Of a stretch of DNA of 64,000 nt, positions 55,462-62,157 are shown piece by piece (the first letter of the stretch is position 1; each line of letters opens with the position of its first letter). Both the position numbers and the translations under genes were made by a program. The stretch is taken from IMG/VR virus record IMGVR_UViG_2770939586_000001. The stretch is one strand, 5' to 3'. Source of the DNA: a virus. Lineage: Duplodnaviria > Caudoviricetes. Below the pieces are notes generated by a model, which worked only from the letters and a program-made list of their open reading frames with translations, did not search any database and was not told the DNA's origin.

Positions 55462-56265
55462 TTGGCAGTTACATGGGACTGGCTCGTAAAGAAAAACTTT
55501 CGCCTAAATGACGCGAACTTGCATCCGGCTGTCCGACAGAAAGCGTGGGATGTTATTTTTGAATTATGGCAGCAAGGCATCTACGTTCTCATTACACAAG
55601 GATACCGCTCAATCGCTGAACAGAATGACTTATATGCACAAGGACGGACAAAACCGGGGAAAATTGTGACGAATGCAAGAGGAGGACAATCCTACCACAA
55701 CTACGGTCTAGCGATTGACTTCGTCTTGTACACAAAAGACGGGAAAGACGTGACATGGGACGATAGCAGTGCTGAATGGAAGCAAGTGGTGCGGGTGTTT
55801 AAGTCGAAAGAATTTGCCTGGGGTGGTGATTTCAGGACGTTTAAGGATACGCCTCATTTCGAGATGACGTTTGGCTATACGTACAGCCAGTTGCAGAACG
55901 GGAAAGGACCGGTACGTCCAGCGACCGTCGTTGTCATACCGGAACCTGCAAAAGCAGTGTCGAGTGCTGTGCTAAATCAGGAGTCGACCTGTACTATTAT
56001 TGTAAATGGCGCAAAGCTGGATGCACGCGGTATCATGCGTGATAACCTCTCATATTTGCCTGTACGAGCTGTTGGAAATGCGACAGGAGTGACAGTAGGA
56101 TTTGAAAACGGAAAGGCACTGCTGGGCAAAGGAGTGCTTCAGACAACGATTCTAATCGGAGATTCAGGCTATGCACATACACGAGAGATCGCAGATGTGC
56201 TGGGATATAAAGTTGATTGGGATGGAAAGACTCAGACAGTCACACTGACGAAGGGTGCTCGATAG
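55462..56265 (+). CDS. Endolysin, M15 L-Ala-D-Glu peptidase with C-terminal cell-binding domain
   Basis: QGYRS..EQ..LYAQGRT, SYHNYGLAIDF, WGGDF..FKD.PHFE; YLPVRAV...LGYKVDWD copper-amine-oxidase-N-like domain. Confidence 0.9.
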   Translation: MAVTWDWLVKKNFRLNDANLHPAVRQKAWDVIFELWQQGIYVLITQGYRSIAEQNDLYAQGRTKPGKIVTNARGGQSYHNYGLAIDFVLYTKDGKDVTWDDSSAEWKQVVRVFKSKEFAWGGDFRTFKDTPHFEMTFGYTYSQLQNGKGPVRPATVVVIPEPAKAVSSAVLNQESTCTIIVNGAKLDARGIMRDNLSYLPVRAVGNATGVTVGFENGKALLGKGVLQTTILIGDSGYAHTREIADVLGYKVDWDGKTQTVTLTKGAR

Positions 56266-56266
56266 T

Positions 56267-56467
56267 ATGCGAAAGTTCGAATATGTATTTGCATTCGCCG
56301 TACTTGCCGTACTGACAGCTGCCCTGTTTATCGCTATGCTTGTTCTCAGAGACAAGGATATGACGATGACGATTCTCACGGTGCTGATTGGGGCACTGTC
56401 TGCTGTTACAGCATTCTTTTTCACTAAACATGTGCCAAAACAGAAAGACAACGAGAAAGACATGTAG
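56267..56467 (+). CDS. Two-TM holin-like protein
   Basis: Two hydrophobic helices and a charged tail, after the endolysin. Confidence 0.65.
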   Translation: MRKFEYVFAFAVLAVLTAALFIAMLVLRDKDMTMTILTVLIGALSAVTAFFFTKHVPKQKDNEKDM

Positions 56468-56473
56468 CAATAA

Positions 56474-56512
56474 TAAAATCCCCACTACCCTATTTGGGCG
56501 GTGGGGATTTTA
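56474..56512. terminator. Bidirectional terminator
   Basis: TAAAATCCCCAC/GTGGGGATTTTA. Confidence 0.75.
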
Positions 56513-56680
56513 CTATTTTTTCTTTCTCCTGATTAACTTCTCGTATTCATTCAACAAAGCATCTAACATCTGACTCGCCGTCAGAACCTCCGGGTCACTC
56601 AGACTCTTTTCTGTCGCTAAAGAATTTAGTGTTCTTCTTAATTCCTCGATCTGTTTTAAAAGCTCTTCGATTTCATTCAT
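56513..56680 (-). CDS. Spo0E-family aspartyl-phosphate phosphatase (55 aa, not in ORF track)
   Basis: MNEIEELLKQIEELRRTLNSLATEKSLSDPEVLTASQMLDALLNEYEKLIRRKKK; SQxLD signature; RBS AGGAGG. Confidence 0.88.
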   Translation of the reverse strand: MNEIEELLKQIEELRRTLNSLATEKSLSDPEVLTASQMLDALLNEYEKLIRRKKK

Positions 56681-56708
56681 GCTGTATCCTCCTGATTGTG
56701 AGTGCTAT

Positions 56709-56737
56709 TACTTTCTCCAACCAAAGGAAATATAAAC
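56709..56737 (-). promoter_or_regulatory. SigF-like promoter of the Spo0E-like gene
   Basis: GTTTA-N14-GGAGAAAGTA matches GYWTA...GGnrAnAnTw. Confidence 0.55.
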
Positions 56738-56809
56738 AATAAACAGCAAATTAAAACACTGTTTCTCTTTATTGCAGAGTAATTTTTTGTTTTAAAAAAC
56801 AACCGAACT

Positions 56810-56825
56810 ATTTACTTAAGTAAAT
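56810..56825. promoter_or_regulatory. Perfect 16-bp palindrome, operator candidate
   Basis: ATTTACTTAAGTAAAT. Confidence 0.45.
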
Positions 56826-56910
56826 GGTTTACATTTATATTAATTAAAAAAATCTTGAAATCTAATATCTTTAGGTTATAATTAATCCAAGGTTTACCAT
56901 ATGGAGGTGG

Positions 56911-58032
56911 ATGAAGATGTCTTTAAAAGTTTTAGAAACGTTGGGATTTATTAAAAAGAATATTCTAACCACAAGTGAAGTTGCCGAATTATTAGGTGTA
57001 ACTAGGCAAAGGATCAACGCTATAGTTAAGACTAAAGATTTAGTCCCTTTCAAAAAGACAGGGGAAACCAGTTTATTTTTACTTGATGACGTAATCAATT
57101 ATAAAGAAAACAAGAGATCAGGCCCTCGAACTTCTATCGCTAGCATGGCTCCGGAGCTGTTTGATCGTTCCGGATCTACATATGACAGCATTGATTTTTT
57201 CAGAGAGAATCGACATAAGCTTGGCCAAATTGTTCACGCATATGCTTTCTTTAATCCTATCGATGCAGCAATTCATAACTTCTATGTTCCCTCACAACAT
57301 TTTAAGAGAGGTGTATTTTTAAATATAGAAACACCTCACCTAGTTTTGGTAGATACAGAGGGGAATGAAATGTGGATTAGCGGATGCAACTGCGGTTACG
57401 GAGGTACCGGTCCTCACGGTAGTCAAACGGTATTACAAGAATGTGGTTTTCCACAAAAAGAAATTGATAACATTTTCAGATATAGGGTTGTGAAGCTGTT
57501 CAAAGACCCTGATGGAAATGTAGATGTTCATGTTGCTAATAGCGATTACGATGGAGGTACATTTGACGAAGGCACAACGTCAATTTATTTCCGTAATGAT
57601 AATTTGGTTCTAATGCACAAACCTAGTCGGTGGAGCAAAGAAAAAAATGAAATTAAAACAGCCGAAAGATACCAATCATTTATTCCGAATCCTGTTCGAT
57701 TCGAAATTTATCCCACTTATGAACAAGCGAAAGAAATGGGATATGTTCTACCTGGGTTGGACGGAAGCGATTTCAGTAGAGAAGAGGTTTATCGCGTAAT
57801 TATTAAAGATTCGTCAGGAAGAGAGCTATGGTTAAATCCACACATTCATACACAAACACCGATCTTAGCTCAAGCTGATTTACGTTCTCTTCTAGAACTT
57901 TGCGGTTTTGATGTACCGGAAGAAAGTGCAAATAAAGGTTGGTTATCATCTTGGTTAAGTACAAATATACGGAGATTTCAACCGAATCCCGTAATCATTT
58001 CAAAGAGAAAAGAAGTTAAAATTAAGATTTAA
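56911..58032 (+). CDS. Excisionase-type HTH fused to an unrecognised domain
   Basis: LTTSEVAELLGVTRQRI; CNCGYGGTGPHG motif. Confidence 0.65.
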   Translation: MKMSLKVLETLGFIKKNILTTSEVAELLGVTRQRINAIVKTKDLVPFKKTGETSLFLLDDVINYKENKRSGPRTSIASMAPELFDRSGSTYDSIDFFRENRHKLGQIVHAYAFFNPIDAAIHNFYVPSQHFKRGVFLNIETPHLVLVDTEGNEMWISGCNCGYGGTGPHGSQTVLQECGFPQKEIDNIFRYRVVKLFKDPDGNVDVHVANSDYDGGTFDEGTTSIYFRNDNLVLMHKPSRWSKEKNEIKTAERYQSFIPNPVRFEIYPTYEQAKEMGYVLPGLDGSDFSREEVYRVIIKDSSGRELWLNPHIHTQTPILAQADLRSLLELCGFDVPEESANKGWLSSWLSTNIRRFQPNPVIISKRKEVKIKI

Positions 58033-58050
58033 AACTAAAAGAAACTTTTC

Positions 58051-58079
58051 GTATAAATTACCTCCTATGCGGAAGATTA
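58051..58079 (+). promoter_or_regulatory. SigG/SigF-like forespore promoter
   Basis: GTATA-N17-AAGATTA upstream of the SASP gene. Confidence 0.5.
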
Positions 58080-58123
58080 AAACTACAAAACACCAAGAAT
58101 AACCACATAGGAGGAAATCGTAT

Positions 58124-58333
58124 ATGTCACAGCAACAAAATAGAAATCGTAATAACAATGAACTGGTTGCTCCACAAGCACTGGATATGATGAAGTATGA
58201 AATAGCTTCTGAATTCGGTGTACAACTCGGACCGGATACAACTTCTCGCCAGAACGGTTCTGTCGGAGGCGAAATTACAAAGCGCCTGGTTCAGATAGCA
58301 GAGCAACAATTAAGTGGTAAATACGTGCAATAA
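58124..58333 (+). CDS. Alpha/beta-type small acid-soluble spore protein
   Basis: [30 protein letters not shown]. Confidence 0.95.
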   Translation: MSQQQNRNRNNNELVAPQALDMMKYEIASEFGVQLGPDTTSRQNGSVGGEITKRLVQIAEQQLSGKYVQ

Positions 58334-58487
58334 TCTGAGCACACAAACATACGATAAACTATGTAGGATACAGTCAAAAGCCTCCCGGATGAGTGGGAGG
58401 CTTATTTGCTGTTAGTCCTTACTTTTATGTATTTTATTCCCTTTTTATCCTGTTACTTGTATAATAGGACAAAAGGGGATGATTAAG

Positions 58488-58652
58488 ATGGAATATCGAT
58501 TACAAGTCGACGAGCAAGGTCGAGTCCTGATCCCAGAGGAAGTACGTGATAAGCTTGGATACGGTCCGTTGTCGTTTCGAGCGGAAGAAAATAAAATTGT
58601 CATTTCAGAAGTGGAGCCAGATGTAACGTTTGTTATGATGTCGAAAAGGTAG
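58488..58652 (+). CDS. AbrB/SpoVT/MazE-family DNA-binding protein (54 aa, not in ORF track)
   Basis: MEYRLQVDEQGRVLIPEEVRDKLG...LSFRAEENKIVI; RBS AAGGGG; TATAAT upstream. Confidence 0.8.
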   Translation: MEYRLQVDEQGRVLIPEEVRDKLGYGPLSFRAEENKIVISEVEPDVTFVMMSKR

Positions 58653-58664
58653 AGAGTAGGTAGT

Positions 58665-58697
58665 AAAAAGAGGACTCGTGTTGTGAGTCCTCTTTTT
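58665..58697. terminator. Bidirectional terminator
   Basis: AAAAAGAGGACTC/GAGTCCTCTTTTT. Confidence 0.8.
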
Positions 58698-58723
58698 CGT
58701 AAAATGGCCTGTATTGCGAAATC

Positions 58724-59902
58724 CTATAATCTTTCAGCAACCTCATAAACGACATTAATGGTCACACTGTTTCCTGACTGCTTATAAAGCTGGCTATCTG
58801 AATTTACCTGCTGTGCTTTATCGAATGCCCAATCAGGAAAACCTTGTAATCGCCAGCACTCTCGTGGAGTTAGCTTTCTAATCTTCGCACCTTTTAGTAG
58901 GTGGTTATTTTGCTCGTAGCTGTTTTTTGTGAGCGTTGGTGCTATTTCGTGTAAACCACCTTCGTTAAAACCACGCCCTCGTTGTAAAATCCCCGTTCTC
59001 GCTCCGTGATTATCCAGTCCTTTGTAGTACGATGCAGGCAGACAAGTTGACATATTATCATCACGTAATTTCAATTCACCATTCACAACCAAGCATGGAA
59101 CTTTATCCAATCGCGTAGCTTGTAATGTTCCTGTTTCGTCTTCCTTTACAGTAACTGAGCATCCGTGTGTTTTCTGAATCACTACCGCTTTCGATTCGTC
59201 TACCATGTACAACCCTGTTTTCGCTCCCAGTCCTCCACCTTCTGATTTCAGTGTTCTGGCTAATCCGTTTGCATCGTACACCCTATGAGCGTCAGATACA
59301 CCTTTGGTTAACTCCTTTAATTTCTTTTCGTTTTGGACAACAGCTTCCCCGTCTGCTCTGATGATAGGAAATACTTCTCTGGTACTTGCTCCTCTAAGAT
59401 GTCCGATAATGAACACGCGCTCCCTGTTTTGCGGGACTCCGAAATCTTTGCTGTTAAGCACTTGCCATTCCGCATCGTACCCCAGTTCATCCAACGTGTT
59501 GAGGATAACTCGGAAAGTCTCCCCCCCTGCGTGATTGAGCAAGCCTTTGACGTTTTCAAGAAATAGATATTTGGGTTTAATGATCGATGCGAAACGAGCG
59601 ATTTCAAAAAAGAGAGTTCCGCGAGTATCACTGAATCCCCCACGTTTTCCTGCAATGCTAAAAGCTTGGCAAGGGAATCCGCCGCAGATGACATCGATAC
59701 CTCTTCCTGCAAGCAATCGAAGATCGTCATCTGATACACTAGTGATGTCATGTGCTGTCCACTCCCCTTCTGTATCATGTATAGCTTCGTAAGACTTACG
59801 GGCGAATTTGTCTATTTCTACATAGCCAACGCAACTATGTCCTGCCATTTCCATCCCGAGTCTAAATCCACCGATTCCAGCAAATAAGTCCAAGAATTTT
59901 AT
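58724..59902 (-). CDS. DNA cytosine-5 methyltransferase
   Basis: DLFAGIGG, GGFPCQ, ENV, QNRER, LTPRECWRLQGF, GNSV. RBS GAGGGGG points to an ATA start at 59902 (IKFLDLF). Confidence 0.93.
   Translation of the reverse strand: MKFLDLFAGIGGFRLGMEMAGHSCVGYVEIDKFARKSYEAIHDTEGEWTAHDITSVSDDDLRLLAGRGIDVICGGFPCQAFSIAGKRGGFSDTRGTLFFEIARFASIIKPKYLFLENVKGLLNHAGGETFRVILNTLDELGYDAEWQVLNSKDFGVPQNRERVFIIGHLRGASTREVFPIIRADGEAVVQNEKKLKELTKGVSDAHRVYDANGLARTLKSEGGGLGAKTGLYMVDESKAVVIQKTHGCSVTVKEDETGTLQATRLDKVPCLVVNGELKLRDDNMSTCLPASYYKGLDNHGARTGILQRGRGFNEGGLHEIAPTLTKNSYEQNNHLLKGAKIRKLTPRECWRLQGFPDWAFDKAQQVNSDSQLYKQSGNSVTINVVYEVAERL
59317..59751 (-). CDS. Nested alternative-frame ORF, M.EcoHK31I-beta-like
   Basis: 144-aa ORF within the MTase gene with its own RBS AAGGGGAG; WMNWGTM.NG and CSLSDILEEQVPEKYFLS. 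Confidence 0.6.
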   Translation of the reverse strand: MTSLVYQMTIFDCLQEEVSMSSAADSLAKLLALQENVGDSVILAELSFLKSLVSHRSLNPNIYFLKTSKACSITQGGRLSELSSTRWMNWGTMRNGKCLTAKISESRKTGSACSLSDILEEQVPEKYFLSSEQTGKLLSKTKRN

Positions 59903-60061
59903 TCGTTACACCCCCCTCAACCTTTCGCTTTATCGCCGAATGGTAACTATCTACTCTTTTGATCGACTTTCAATTCTGTGTAGATAGTTAAGCGTGGTGG
60001 TAATCCCATATCCTCACGAACTACTTGACGCTGAAACTCGATTTGCGCGGCATCTCCCGAT

Positions 60062-60286
60062 CTAGTTTTGCGCATTCGTATTCATATTCTTCTCCGGGAT
60101 GATGGTGGAAACAACGTGTTTGTAGATAAGCACCTGCTGCTTGTTTTCTTTCTCAAACAGGATGCAGAAAGTATCAAACGAAACGATGCGGCCTTTCATC
60201 GGTACACCGTTTGTCAGAAAAATTGTGACCGTTATTTTCTCTTTACGAGCGTTGTTCAGGAATGTGTCCTGTAATTTATTTTCCAT
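60062..60286 (-). CDS. hfq: RNA chaperone Hfq
   Basis: LQDTFLN..RKEKI.VTIFLTNGV..KG.I.SFD.F...LIYKH.VSTI.P. Confidence 0.92.
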   Translation of the reverse strand: MENKLQDTFLNNARKEKITVTIFLTNGVPMKGRIVSFDTFCILFEKENKQQVLIYKHVVSTIIPEKNMNTNAQN

Positions 60287-60305
60287 ACATATCATCTCCT
60301 CATGG

Positions 60306-60632
60306 TCATTTCAGCCGGCCACTCAATTCCTCGAACCATTCCCGGTCATTTGTAGCTAGTGCCAGATCAACCAGTTGTAGAAGCCAGTCGCGCTTTCTCC
60401 TGCGCAACTCTGCTTCCGTGATCGGTTTCAGAACGGTGAGTCTATCGGTTTCTACCTTTACACTTCCTTTATGCAGCGGACGAAGATTTACTTGGGCGGC
60501 GTTCTTTCCGCATTTTTCAACTACGCCGACGTACTCTTCTCCTTTGTACTTCCACGTCACAACATCTCCCTTTTGAATCGGGCGCTTCTGCAAAAGATAG
60601 CATGTCCCGTTCAATTCCATGTACTGTTTCAA
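60306..60632 (-). CDS. SH3-like plus IDEAL-domain protein
   Basis: KGDVV...GVVEK; LVDLALATNDREWFEEL. Confidence 0.7.
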   Translation of the reverse strand: MKQYMELNGTCYLLQKRPIQKGDVVTWKYKGEEYVGVVEKCGKNAAQVNLRPLHKGSVKVETDRLTVLKPITEAELRRRKRDWLLQLVDLALATNDREWFEELSGRLK

Positions 60633-60655
60633 CGTTTCACCTCCTCACTTTCTGT

Positions 60656-60693
60656 TCACATACTCTATACGGAGTAGGTAGGTGGAATTTCAG
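60656..60693 (-). promoter_or_regulatory. Phage promoter motif, copy 7
   Basis: CTGAAA-N16-CGTATAGAGTATGTGA on the minus strand. Confidence 0.82.
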
Positions 60694-60747
60694 CCGAAAC
60701 AAAAGAAAATATAAAAATTCAAATCCCTGATCTAATTTTCGATTCGA

Positions 60748-60785
60748 CTAAAATTTCATCTTCATGCTGCGTATGGAGTAGGTAG
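60748..60785 (+). promoter_or_regulatory. Phage promoter motif, copy 8
   Basis: CTAAAA-N16-CGTATGGAGTAGGTAG. Confidence 0.72.
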
Positions 60786-60822
60786 GAGGAAAAATAGTCC
60801 TTCGAGAAAGGAGATGATATGC

Positions 60823-61602
60823 ATGGACAAGTTGCAGATTATCAATCGTGATGGTCAATTGTTGGTAGATAGTCGGGAAGTGGCGGAGATGGTTGGAAAG
60901 GAACATGGTCACTTATTGCGTGATATTAAAAATTACATGGAAGTATTAGGTAAATCCAATTTTGGATTGGCTGATTTTTTCATCGAGGATACGTACACTG
61001 ACGGTCAAGGAAAGCCAAGGCCGTGTTATCTTATCACCCGCAAAGGCTGCGACATGGTAGCGAACAAGATGACGGGGGAGAAGGGGGTTCTTTTCACGGC
61101 GGCCTATGTTACTCGGTTTGAGGAGATGGAGAAAAAGTTATACCAAGTACACGTACCCCAAACGCTACCAGAAGCGTTACGCGCATATGCTGATGAAGTG
61201 GAGCGGCGTGAACTGGCAGAGAATAAGCTCGCCATCGCTGAACCGAAAGCGGAGAAGCACGACAAATTTATCAATGCTAGCAGCTTGCAGGGAATCAAGG
61301 AAGTTGGCAAGGTACTGGGCATTGGACAAAAGAAGTTCTTCGAGTTTCTGCGCCAGGTTAAGATTCTGGATGGAAAGAACTTGCCGATGCAGGATTATCT
61401 GAACCGTGGATGGTTCGAGGTAAAGGAAGCAACTATTGGACATGGAGAAGATGATGCAGCGTTTAATGTGGTAGTTACAAAAGTAACACCGATCGGATTA
61501 TCAGCGCTGAGTGACGTAGTGGAGAAATACGGCGGCGCTGATACGCTGAATGATCTGAAAGTAAAAGAAGTAGCTGGATACGTGAGAGCAAAGCAAATGT
61601 AG
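60823..61602 (+). CDS. Rha-family/KilAC antirepressor
   Basis: VDSREVAEMVGKEH..LLRDI, TGEKGVLFTAAYV..FEEME, PQTLPEALR, PKA...TKVTP.G. Confidence 0.9.
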   Translation: MDKLQIINRDGQLLVDSREVAEMVGKEHGHLLRDIKNYMEVLGKSNFGLADFFIEDTYTDGQGKPRPCYLITRKGCDMVANKMTGEKGVLFTAAYVTRFEEMEKKLYQVHVPQTLPEALRAYADEVERRELAENKLAIAEPKAEKHDKFINASSLQGIKEVGKVLGIGQKKFFEFLRQVKILDGKNLPMQDYLNRGWFEVKEATIGHGEDDAAFNVVVTKVTPIGLSALSDVVEKYGGADTLNDLKVKEVAGYVRAKQM

Positions 61603-61877
61603 AAGTAAACGGCAGGAGACAAGCCGGAGGAGATGGATAACTCAGACTGGACGTTTAGTTCGGTCTTTTTTTGTTTCATCAAAACAAAGGAATAAATTGG
61701 ACCGATACGAAAAAATACGATTACCTTATAATGTACGGTGTATCCATGTAACAAGAGAAAATGAGATTGTTTTAAATAAAAATAGAATCGTTTTACGATC
61801 CTGTACAAATATAACCAATAGATATACATGCAGTACATACATGATTTTCAAATCATGCCAAAAAGTTGTGATGTTCT

Positions 61878-61915
61878 TTAAAAAAATCGTGATATGCCTC
61901 GTATAGAGTATGTGA
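61878..61915 (+). promoter_or_regulatory. Phage promoter motif, copy 9
   Basis: TTAAAA-N16-CGTATAGAGTATGTGA. Confidence 0.75.
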
Positions 61916-61966
61916 ATGGAAATAGTACAATCCGAAAACCGCATACGATGTATCGAGGTGAAGCCT

Positions 61967-62092
61967 ATGCAAATCTTGCAAGAGGAGTTCGGTGAACAAA
62001 GCATCTACGAATGGCTGGCTTATCGCTTAAAACAAATGCACAGAGAAGTGTACGGGGATGAAGATATCACAATTGTTTGGACCAAAGAATAG
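61967..62092 (+). CDS. 41-aa ORF upstream of the serine recombinase (not in ORF track)
   Basis: RBS GAGGTGA; MQILQEEFGEQSIYEWLAYRLKQMHREVYGDEDITIVWTKE. Confidence 0.55.
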   Translation: MQILQEEFGEQSIYEWLAYRLKQMHREVYGDEDITIVWTKE

Positions 62093-62157
62093 TTTGTTTT
62101 ACTTTAGCCATCCGATGAGATGGCTTTCTTTTTCAAAACCTGGAGGATAAATCAATC

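Noticed and set aside
59947-60075. 42-aa minus-strand ORF between hfq and the MTase
   Set aside because: Weak SD and no recognisable motif.
20-60825. Recurrent MICM/MKCM/MRCM N-termini as a shared peptide tag
   Set aside because: Artefact of a stereotyped SD and spacer (AGGAGATGAnATGyATG); the real start is the downstream ATG.
22375-61915. CGTATAGAGTATGTGA repeats as a CRISPR array or transposon ends
   Set aside because: The copies are dispersed, lack regular spacers and cas or transposase genes, and always pair with an upstream box at fixed distance.
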